Shown here one piece after another: positions 22,770 through 32,619 of a DNA stretch of 34,819 bases. The stretch is from Chiloscyllium plagiosum (lineage: Eukaryota). Location: positions 19,523,196-19,558,014 of the forward strand of contig NC_057720.1 in assembly GCF_004010195.1 (NCBI RefSeq). The letters run 5' to 3'. The notes beneath the pieces are model-generated. The model did not search any database. It was not told where the DNA came from and saw only the letters and a program-made list of their open reading frames with translations. Made by a program: the position numbers and the translations under genes. Within the stretch, counting starts at the first letter, position 1, and every line of letters begins with the position of its first letter.

Positions 22770-23545
22770 TACTGTCTCCAACCTCTACTGTCAGGCAGAA
22801 GGTACAGACACACACCAATAGGTTCAAGAGCAGCCTCTTCCTTGCTGTTATTAGTTAAAAATCACACAACACCAGGTTATAGTCCAACAAGTTTAATTGG
22901 AAGCACACTAGCTTTCGGAGCGATGCACCTTCATCAGGTGATTGTGGAGGGCTCGATCGTAACACAGAATTTATAGCAAAAATTTACAGTGTGATGTAAC
23001 TGAAATTATAAATTGAAGAATTGATTGTCTGTTAAGCCTTTCATCTGTTAGAAGTGAAACTATAACTGAAACTTTCATGAAAGAAGTGAAACTATCACTG
23101 TATTCTAACAGATTTTTAACTTTGTACACCCCAGTTCAACACCGGCATCTCCGAATCATTGCTGTTATTAGACTGTGGAATGGACCAGGTAAAAACAATG
23201 ATATAACCTGGTGTTGTGTGATTTTTAACTTTGTACACCCCAGTCAAACACCGGCATCTCCGAATCATTGCTGTTATTAGACTGTGGAATGGACCAGGTA
23301 AAAACAATGACTGCAGATGCTGGAAACCAGATTCTGGATTAGTGGTGCTGGAGGAGCACAGCAGTTCAGACCACTCTAATTTCAATCTAATGCTGATCTT
23401 ACTTTTGTGCACCTCCTGTTCAGTCTCGCCTTACTCTGTGTAAGCAAACTATGAACTGTATGACCTTGTGTTATGATCTGCCTGCACTGCTTACAAAACA
23501 AAATTTTTCACTGTACTTAGGTACATAAGACAACAATAAATCAAA
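22770..23545 (+). mobile_element. Rex1/Babar 3' end split by nested Penelope inserts
   Basis: CTGTCAGGCAGAAG..TTTTCACTGTACTTAGGTACA..CAATAAATCAAA matches the reverse complement of 11718-12030. Confidence 0.8.
22855..23158. mobile_element. Penelope mini-element (long inverted arm plus short tail) with 13-bp TSD
   Basis: TSD TTGCTGTTATTAG at 22842-22854 and 23159-23171; near-intact hammerhead on the minus strand at 22906-22940. Confidence 0.88.
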
Positions 23546-23839
23546 GTCTTGATTCAAGGGAAAGGTCTCTGATATAAACTATCAGTGCCATTGCAATTTC
23601 AAACAGCCTTTTGTTTCACTTTCCCATTAGTTTTTGAGCTAAAGCTGCAGAGAGAGAAAAGGGACATCTAAAATTAAATGCAACTCTTGGCATCAGCTGA
23701 ATGCATCTTGTTGCAAAGTAAATCGAGCAGCGATACAGTCAGAATGTTACAATGAATTGTGACATCACATTCTAATTGTGAAAATGAAACTTCTCAGCAG
23801 TTTGGTGTCATGTTGAGCTTCGGGGCAAATCCAACAGGT

Positions 23840-23930
23840 GGCTCCGTGGCGCAATGGATAGCGCATTGGACTTCTAGACTGAAAGCTGTGAGGCATTCAA
23901 AGGTTCCGGGTTCGAGTCCCGGCGGAGTCG
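23840..23930 (+). tRNA. tRNA-Arg-TCT: tRNA-Arg(TCT) with an 18-nt intron (23877-23894)
   Basis: Exons GGCTCCGTGGCGCAATGGATAGCGCATTGGACTTCTA and ATTCAAAGGTTCCGGGTTCGAGTCCCGGCGGAGTCG give a 73-nt mature tRNA. Anticodon TCT at 23873-23875, intron at the canonical 37/38 position, A box 23847-23857, B box 23909-23919. Confidence 0.98.
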
Positions 23931-23944
23931 TTCTCTTTAGTTTT
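23931..23944 (+). terminator. Pol III terminator (T4 at 23941-23944)
   Basis: TTCTCTTTAGTTTT immediately after the tRNA. Confidence 0.75.
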
Positions 23945-23959
23945 AAAATCTCAAAATAA

Positions 23960-24300
23960 AAGCTTCGCTTCCAATTCAAACCGGGACCGAGTAACTAGAA
24001 ACCGAGCGTCGCTTCGGTATTTTAGACGGGGAGAGAAGTCCCTGAGAGTTACTACCCGTTACAGAATCGAAGGCAAATGGCAGCCTGAAAGTTGGGCTGT
24101 GGGGGAAAAAGACGTGCGAACGAAACGGCAACAAAACAGCCCTTCGCCCGCTTTGAAATGAAGGTGGTTCGCGAAACCTCACTGTTGGAGACGGTGAATG
24201 TTTTCAGAAATCATCGAGCGGATCCTAAACTGTGACTTTGTAAAGCACAAAACCGCCCCTTTTACCAGTTTTACTCTCGCTTGTATTGCAATAAGTCTGG
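23960..24300. promoter_or_regulatory. CpG-retaining non-repeat stretch beside the tRNA (putative hypomethylated regulatory island)
   Basis: CG dinucleotides are visibly dense compared with the CpG-poor unique DNA elsewhere in the window. Confidence 0.5.
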
Positions 24301-24993
24301 ACGAAATCTGATAAATGTAATAACCTGGACATTTCATGGGCACAAAGTTAAAAAGCACACAATTTCATGTGTATGCAGGGCACATTATAAATCTGGCTTC
24401 ACTGCGGATCCATCACTTACTGTGATGCACATGCCCTGAGGGAACAAATAATGATTTCACTCCGGAAATTGGATCCTCTCCAAATTCCAGTTCCCGGACT
24501 GGTGATAGAGCTTATTCCGCTCATCTCTTCCCATTTAGTGAAACAGCCCTAAAATTTCCATTAAATACCTAATTGCTTGTCGGAAAAGGAACCCCTCGGC
24601 TGCAAGTTTTGCGAACGATGTGTATAGGACAATTCAATTTATTTAAATTATGCTAATATACCTCAGAGTATAAACAGTGAAGTTTTATTTCCCTTCCACT
24701 TTCGGTCGTTTCTAATTTGAAACGTTTTGCCCTCGGGCTGTGCTCCTGAACAGAGATTCATATAGCGCGGAAAAGGCCCTTTGGCCCATCGAGTCTGCAC
24801 CGACATAACCACCACTGAAAGTACGCTAATCCCAATTTCCTGCATTGTCCCATATCCTTGAACGTTACCATATTTCAAGTGCTCACCCAAATATTGTTCA
24901 AAGGCTGTAGGGTTCCCAGCCTCCATTACCATCCCAGACAATACATCCCAGATTCCCACCACCTCCTAGTGCATCACCTCGCACTTTGTTTTA

Positions 24994-25203
24994 TGATTTG
25001 GAGATGCAGGTGTTGGACTGGGGTGTACAAAGTTAAAAATCCACACACGACCAGGTTATAGTCTAACAGGTTTAATTGGAAGCACACTAGCTTTCGGAGC
25101 GACGCTCCTTCATCACACAATCACCTGATGAAGGAGCGTCGCTCCGAAAGCTAGTGCTTCCAATTAAACCTGTTGGACTATAACCTGGTGTTGTATGATT
25201 TTT
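24994..25203. mobile_element. Fold-back Penelope mini-element with 12-bp TSD
   Basis: TSD CACTTTGTTTTA at 24982-24993 and 25204-25215; arms ~25027-25115 and 25126-25211 with a 10-nt spacer. Confidence 0.9.
25122..25156 (+). ncRNA. Intact minimal type I hammerhead ribozyme motif
   Basis: CAC-CUGAUGA-A-GGAGC(GUC)GCUCC-GAA-AGCU-A/GUG; predicted cleavage after A25153. Confidence 0.8.
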
Positions 25204-25414
25204 CACTTTGTTTTAGATTCCCTACATTATGCAGGGTTAAATACCATCTGCCTCTGCTCTCCCTATTTGGCCATCCCACCTATACCTTCTTGTAACCTAC
25301 AACCATTTTCTTCATTATTAACTACCTCACCAATCTTGATGTCTTCTACAAACTTGCTTAACATTCCCCACACATTTTCATCTATATCGTTGATGTACAT
25401 AACAATAATGATCT

Positions 25415-25626
25415 TGGTGTGCGGTATACTGCTGGGTACTAGCCTCCAGTCATTCAAACAGCCTTTGTGTCCTATTACTAAGCCAGTTTCTGATCCAATT
25501 CGCCAGATTTCCCTCAATTCTGGTGTGCGGTATACTGCTGGGTACTAGCCTCCAGTCATTCAAACAGCCTTTGTGTCCTATTACTAAGCCAGTTTCTGAT
25601 CCAACTCGCCAGGTTTCCCTCAATTC
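25415..25626. repeat. 106-bp tandem duplication within CR1
   Basis: 25415-25520 and 25521-25626 differ at 2 positions. Confidence 0.95.
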
Positions 25627-25859
25627 CATGTGCTTTAACCTTCTCAATCAATCTAGGGGCCTTGTCACAAGCTCTGCTAAAATCTGTACAAAATGCATCA
25701 ACTGAACTTCCCTCATCCACACACTTGATCACATTTTCAAAAGATTCTGACAGATTTGTTAGGCATGACCTCCCTCTCACAAAGCCATGCTGACAATCTC
25801 TAATTTCCAAATGGGTATTAACACTCTCCTTCAGAATTTTCGCCAGTAGTTTTCCACTG

Positions 25860-26002
25860 ATTATTGTTTACATTTGTATTGAGACACATCTGTAAGGAGA
25901 TGGATTGAATTTTATTGTAAATTCTGTAAATTCCAAGAGGAAATGTTTTGTACTGGACTTTTAAAGTCTCTTTTATGAATAAAGTATATTTTTGGAGAAA
26001 AA
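25860..26002 (+). mobile_element. Probable L1/Tx1 3' tail
   Basis: T-rich UTR ending TTTTATGAATAAAGTATATTTTTGGAGAAAAA. Confidence 0.5.
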
Positions 26003-26019
26003 TTGCTCTATTATTCTCA

Positions 26020-26350
26020 TTGCCACATCTTTTCCTGGAAGTTAATTTTGATTTAAGGAAGGATTTATTGATATTAATTTGAAATGTACTCATCATCAGC
26101 TTGACACCTTGTTTTCTTCTCCTACCCTTATAGAATAAGTAATATTTCATATTAAGCATCTCCATTCTCTTAATTGTCTTGTAAATCATATCTCAGATGT
26201 CTCCTCTCTGAGCTGAAGAATCAAAGTTTATAAAATCTTCCACCAAAGCTCAGACAGCAGAAATCATCCTTGTGGCACTTCTCTGTAGTGCCTCCAGTGT
26301 TTAAATAATTTCCACAAACCAGACTAAACTGGATGTCATACTCAGGGGAC
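26020..26350 (-). mobile_element. Ancient CR1 ORF2 C-terminal remnant
   Basis: GDI.DMIYKTIKRMEMLN..QGVKLMMSTFQININKSF resembles CR1 RGDxIxxYKxxxG..RGHxxKL..F..RKxF. Confidence 0.55.
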
Positions 26351-26559
26351 ACAAAGTTCAATCATATATTCTTTTATCTTTATTTTGTCTGAGGCCTCCT
26401 ATTCATTTTAATGTTCTTTACTTGTAAATGAGGAGTCAAACATGCTGGTTATCTTAATTACTTATTTTACTTTATGGAGATTATCTCGTCTGAATCAAGA
26501 TGACTTTCCAGTGGCCTATGCAACCTGACTTTATTTTGTTCCTCCCTTCTACTAGCTTA

Positions 26560-26880
26560 CATGACTAAACTTCCTTTAACGCTCCCCTCACCGCACACTA
26601 GCTCATATCTTACTTTAGTTTTGCTTCTATCTCCTTTCCTGGCCACTCTGAGCTCAACTTGCCTATGAAATTCACCTCCTGACACCTTGCTCCTGTTCCT
26701 ACTGAACTGCTGATCACCCAATTTCCCCTCCTGACACCCATGTTATTTTATATTGGAAGTCATTTTCTCTCTTTGGGCGTTGTCCTTAAGTCTCTCTTTC
26801 TTTGAAATCGCTTTAATCAGTCATCACTTTAAAAACCAACCATTGAACTGTATGTCCTTGTAAACTGCCATCTCATAATC
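26560..26880 (+). mobile_element. L2 ORF2 (pre-RT) remnant
   Basis: CACCTCCTG..CCTGTTCCTACTGAACTGCTG..GTCATCAC..AAACTGCCATCTC resembles TSC.LDP.PT.LL..VITP..NYRPISN. Confidence 0.6.
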
Positions 26881-27059
26881 CTTTGGGCCGAAGGGCCTGT
26901 TTCTATGCTGCATAAACTTTCTTTCCACAAACAAAGAAACAGGCACAGAAAATGCTAGAGAAACTCGTCAGATCTGGCAGTGAAAAGAGAAACAGAGTTG
27001 ACGCTTTTAGTCCATTAAGTCTTTTCTTAGGAACCGATGGTCAATGTGATGGTGACAAA

Positions 27060-27235
27060 TGTTTCTAATCCCAAATGGCCAACTCTATCTTTAGACTGTG
27101 ACCGCTGGTTCAGGATTTCCCTGTTCATCAGGAACATCCTTCCTGCATTTACCTTGTCTAACCCTGTTAGAATTTTATATGTTTCTGTGAGATCTTCCCC
27201 CCTCACCCCCACTCCAATTCTTCTAAGCTCCATTG
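27060..27235 (-). mobile_element. CR1 3' ORF fragment
   Basis: DLTETYKILTGLDKVNAGRMF. Confidence 0.85.
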
Positions 27236-27379
27236 GTTGAATGGAGTCCAGTAACTGACATGTGTCTTAACACTTGAACCCTTGAAGCTGAGGAATTGGC
27301 AATATTGACGTCAATTACACCAGCACAGCCCATCATCCAGTTGTTTATAATACCTTGATTCATGACCTGTTTCATAAAG

Positions 27380-27600
27380 ATGGCTTCAGCATTTGGAGAC
27401 TTGGATATATCATGTAAAATGGTACTTCAATGCAGTAGTGAAATAATGTGTTGTTGGAGGTCTCTTTTGAATGAGACAGTAGACCTAATTCCCCTTTGTC
27501 CTCTCAAATGGATATAAAAGATCTTGTGGCACAATTTGAAGTACAACAGGACAATATTTATCATCAAAGTAACACCAGCAAAACAGATGGTCTCATCAAT
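27380..27600 (+). mobile_element. Degenerate SacSINE1-like DeuSINE (not amplified)
   Basis: TGCAGTAGTGA..TGTTGGAGGT..CTTTTGAATGAGAC..TGGATATAAAAGATC..AACACCAGCAAAACAGAT. Confidence 0.65.
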
Positions 27601-27714
27601 AGCTATAATACTGCATACATGATATACCTGAAATAGAAATTCACAACATCTGTGGAGAGTAAAAGATAGTTACCCCTTTAGATCAATGACCTCTCACTAG
27701 ATTTCCAAGGGGTC

Positions 27715-28022
27715 CAAGAGTCCAGAGCTAGAGGGCATAGGCCTGGGGTGAGAGAGAATGATTTAAAATGGTTCTAAGGGGCAATGCTTTCATGCAGAAG
27801 GTGGTGTGTGTATGGAATGAGTTGCCAGAGGAAGTGTTGGAAGCTGGTATAATTACAACATTTAAAAGCCATCTGGATGGATATATGAATAGGAAGGGTT
27901 TGAAGTGATATGGGCCAAGTTCTGGCAAATGGGATCGATTAATTTAGGATATCTGGTTGGCATGGACAAGTTGCTCCAAAGGATCTATTTCCATGCTGAA
28001 TGTCTCTATAACTATCTATGAC
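27715..28022 (+). mobile_element. CR1 3' end
   Basis: TCCAGAGCTAGAGGGCATAG..TGGAATGAGTTGCCAGAGG..TTCCATGCTG..CTCTATAACT tail. Confidence 0.9.
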
Positions 28023-29334
28023 TATTATCTGTTTGTTTTTTTTTGCTATTCATAGAATCTTGCTGTGCATAAATTATTACAATACACTTGAAGAGGGTTT
28101 GGTCTGCTCCATAAAAAAACATTCCATTACCTACAATCTGTGCACACAAGCAATTTGAGATATTTAAAAAGGATAGCTGAAAAGTGAACTACAAATCTGA
28201 CATACAACTTGTCAGATCTTTTGACTCACGGCTTCATCCTATTATAGAAGATTCTTATTAATGGAGGTGATGCAAGTTTTGAAGTTTACCAGAACTCAAA
28301 ACTCATGTGTATTCAGAGTGAAGGTTATTTCCACTTCTACAAGGTAGATACCATCATTGACCAAATACTCATTCTATTTTACACTTCAGCCCATCCATTT
28401 TTTTTGTTTTGCTTTCAGAAGTAGGTCAAAGAGCTTGATCAAGATAAATCTTACTCTCTAGAAATTAATGACCGTTAGATTTTTGCATAAATAATTTGAA
28501 AATATACTCTAAGTACTCAACTACATTTTATTATACAAAATAACTCAAATGACTGTTGGGTCTGTCGTTTGTCAATTCAGAAACTTTCAGCTTTGCGCAG
28601 GTGAATAATGTGGATAAATTGGGATCGATTCTCTCATTGAATGAATAGGAACATTGAGTGTGGTGTACGATCGCAGTAGATCAATAGTGCACAAATTACA
28701 CCCATATTGCATTTGCACTTACTGCCAATTTCCTGAAAGTGCTAGTGTAGGATACAATGGAAGAGGCTAGAAATGTAATTAGAGGCAGTTACCCATTCCC
28801 CACAGGACATATGCCTTGTAGAAAGAACTTAATTTAACTTAGAATTTGAATGGTCAAGGTCAAGCGAACAGAAGAATCTGTATGCTAACTCATTGTACTA
28901 CCCAGTCCAAAGCATGTTTTCATATTTTGTGAGCTGGATTATCAAAGTCACAGCAAGTTCCATATTAATTCAGCCCTATTGATTTTTATTTTGATTTTGC
29001 TGGGGAGGAGAAAGTTAGCCAATTACTGTAGCAAAATATAATGCGATATAAGTGAAAATATTACAGATCAAAAATTTAAAATGGGAAGCATAATTCTTGA
29101 AGTTTTGCAGTTCAAAATCATTATTTGCTGACATTCATTTTGTCTTCAATGTGCCATTGTAAAATTGTTCAAGAAATTACTTTTGTATTTCTTTCTTTAA
29201 ATTCAAGCAACTGTTACAATTCATTATAGTGAACTCCTGGTTTATTGATTCCAATTGCAAGGTTCAATTTTATATTTTCCCAAAGGAAATCAGGCAGACT
29301 GCAAAGTACTGAAGCAGAATTGACCTGGATTTTT

Positions 29335-31590
29335 TTTTCTTTTTTTATTCACTTGTGGGATGTGGGTGTTGCTGACTGGCCAGCATTTTGTATTGCCTGT
29401 TCCTACTTGCCCTTCAGAAGATGTGGTGAGCTGCCTTCTTGAACTGTGACAGTCCACATGCTGTAGGATGAGCCACAATGCCCTCCGAGGGAATTCCAGG
29501 ATTTAGACCTAACGGTGGCATATAACTGAAGGAATGGTAATATATTTCCAAATCAGCATGGTGAGTATCTTGGAGGGTAACTTGCAGGTGGTGGTGTCCC
29601 CATGTATCTGCTGTCATTGTCCTTGTAGGTGGAAGTGAACGTGGGTCTGGAAGATGCTGAAAGGACCTTTGGTGAATTTGTACAGAGAATCTTGTAGTAC
29701 ACACTGATGCTACTGAGCCTTGATGGTGGAGGGAGTGGATGCTTGTGAATGTAGTGTCAATCAAATGGGCTGCTTCATCCTAGATGGTCATAGAGATGTA
29801 CAGTATGGAAACAGGACCAACCCGTCCATGCTGACCAGTTATCCCAACCCAATCTAGTCGCACCTGCCAACACCTGGCCCATATCCCTCCAAACCCTTCC
29901 TATTCATATACCCATCCAAATGCCTTTTAAATGTTGCAATTGTACCAGCCTCCACCACTCTTTCTGGCAGCTCATTCCATACACGTACCACTCTCTGTGT
30001 GAAAAAGTTTTATATCTTTCCCCTCTCACCCTAAATCTATGTCCTCTAGTTCTGGACTCCCCGACCCCAGGGAAAAGGTTTTGCCTATTTACCCTATCCA
30101 TGCCCCTCATAATTTTGTAAACCTCTATAAGGCCACCCCTCAGCCTCCGACGCTCCAGGGAAAACAGCCCCAGCCTGTTCAGCCTCTTCCTATAGCTGAA
30201 ACCCTCCAACCCTGGGAACATCCTTGTAAATCTTTTCTGAACCCTTTCAAGTTTCACAACATCTTTCCGATAGAAAGGAGACCTAGCTTCAAGCTTCTTG
30301 AGTGTTTTTGGAGCTCCACTCATCCAGGCAAGTCGGGAGTATTCCATCACACTCCTGATTTGTGCCTTGTAGATGATGGACAGGCTTTGGGGAGACAGGA
30401 GTGAGTTACTCACTGCAGGATTCTTAGTTTCTGACCTGTTCCTATTGCAATTGTGTTTATGTGACAAGTCCATTTAAGTTTCTGGTCAATGGTTACCCCA
30501 AAGATGTTGGGAGATTCAGTGATGGTAACACCATTGAATGATAAGAGTGGTGGTTAGGTTAGAATTAGAATTAGGTTTATTGTCACATGTACCCAAATAC
30601 AGGGATACATGAGTACAGTGGAAAGTGCTCAAAGTCACAATTTCCAATGCCATCTTAGGTACAAAGATACCTAGGTACACAAACTTATGTATAAATTAGA
30701 AAAAAAAAGAAATAAAGATAAAAGTTCAGCATTATAGCCATTCTAAACCAGGGAGTCCACATGAGACTTCACTCCAAGGCCGAGAGTCCGACCTGGGCTT
30801 CCTTGAGCAGATTGTCTCTTATTGGAGGTGGTCATTGCCTGTCAGTGTGTGCCATGAATATTATTTGCCACTTGCCAGTCCAAGCCTTGATATTGTCCAG
30901 ATCTGGTTACATTTGAACATGGACCTCTTCAATATCTGAGAAGTTGTGAATGGTATGGAACATTGTGTAATCATCGGTGAATATCCCCACTTCTGACCTT
31001 AGGATGGAGGGAATGTCAGTGGTTAAGCAGCTGAAGATCGTTGGGCCTTGGACACTATTCTGAGGAACTCCTGCAGAGATGTCCTGGAGCTGAGATGACT
31101 GACTTCCAACAACCACAATCATCTTCCTATGCACCTGGTATGACTCTAACCACCGGAGAGTTTGCCCCGATATCCATTGATTCCAGTTATGCTAGCAGTC
31201 CTTGATATCACTCTCGGTCGAATATGGCCATGATATCAAGGGCTGTCACTCTCACCTCACCTCCGGAATTCAGGTCTTTAGTCCATGTTTGAACCAAGAG
31301 TGTAATGTGGTTAGGAGCTGAGTGACCCTGATGGAACCCAAACTGGGCATCATTGAGCAGGTTATTGCATAGAGTTATACAGCATAGACCCTTCAGTCCA
31401 ATCATTCCATGCCCAAAATAATCCCAAACCAAACGAGCCCCACCTGCTTGCTCCTGGCTCATATCCCTTCAAACCTTTCCTATGCACGTACTTATCCAAA
31501 TGTCTTTTAAATTCTGTAATTGTACTTACATCCTCCATTTGCTCATGATGTGTTGGGCTCTTCCATTATTGAGAATGGAGACATTTGTGA
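29335..31590 (-). mobile_element. Old CR1-clade LINE with nested inserts (29787-30280, ~30555-30810, ~31370-31540)
   Basis: LLNDAQFGFHQGHSAP..GEVRVTALDI.AIFDR; ISAGVPQNSVQGPTIFSC..FTDD; IYKAQIRSVMEYS.LAWM. Confidence 0.88.
29787..30280 (-). mobile_element. Younger CR1 3' fragment nested in the above
   Basis: YRKDVVKLERVQKRFTRM..LGLFSLERRRLRG.LIEVYKIMRG. Confidence 0.93.
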
Positions 31591-32619
31591 AGCATAGAAT
31601 GATGAAATTTAAGCTGAGGACAATTGAATGACAAGTTGTTGCAAATATCTATTTGTTATATTCATCTATCTACCACCATCTACTCAGAAATTGCAACTAG
31701 CAGGAAGAGGTAACTGCAATAAGGCAACACGTTAAGATGGTAAGCAAGAAATTATCTTTAATTCTGTAAACAAGATTTCAAACCATTGATAAACTGGACC
31801 GTAAAGGAAAACTGCATACCACAATCTTCCTATCAAAGAACACTATTGCAAACTTTTGCATTGACTGAGATAATCAAGTCTACTACTTGTGCAGGAAGTG
31901 CGGAAACTGAAAGCAGATTTCCCCCAACTTACTGCAGCCTCCCTTTCTCTATCAGTGCTCCAGCTAATCTACATCCCTGACCAGTGCATTAATTATTTGC
32001 TTCAAATCTTGGTATAGTTAGTTCCTATTGCTGGAGATTGGGTGCGTACAAAGCGTTTTATAAAAAAACCCGTCCAGGTTGTGTATTCTGCAAGCAAAGG
32101 TTTTTACATGGTGTGTAAAATATGTGTTCTGATTTGCTTTCAACATGTTGGATGGTCTGCAGAAAATGATGGTCAAAAGAAGTCTGTTAGGAATATGACA
32201 CATGAATGTGATGAGAGGAATGGGAACTTCAGAAAAAAAGTAACAAGAAACTGTATTTGAAACAAGTCAAGCCCCGATACAGGCATGCATTCATCCAGAA
32301 TAGCCTAAGAAAATCTCTGGTGACAAGAACGCAAAAGCATTCAGAGCATCCTTATAACGGATGTGTTCAAAAAGATAATCATAACCACAACTGTGTGAAA
32401 TAATTGGAATTTAGAATCTATTCAGAATAATTAAAAAGATAGAAACAGCACAAACATTATGAATTAATTTAAATTGTTTTTTAAAACATCAGAATAAAAT
32501 TAGCAAATTATAAATCCTGAATTATGAATCAATAATAACAAATAAAAATAATGAATAACCTGATAAATCAATTTATACTCCTGACCCCATGAGGTTCATG
32601 ACAGTGAGGTTTAACAGTA

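Larger units (their letters stand above)
24752..25850 (-). mobile_element. Old CR1 (3' UTR and RT fragments) with nested Penelope insert and tandem duplication
   Basis: IRDCQHGFVRGRSCLTNL..DFSRACDK..WIRNWLSNRTQR and YINDIDE..SKFVEDIKIG. Confidence 0.9.

Noticed and set aside
25818..26189. 123-aa Lys-rich ORF
   Set aside because: Explained by an ancient CR1 remnant read through an antisense T-rich LINE tail.
29904..30473. 189-aa ORF
   Set aside because: Chance in-frame fusion of two nested CR1-clade fragments.
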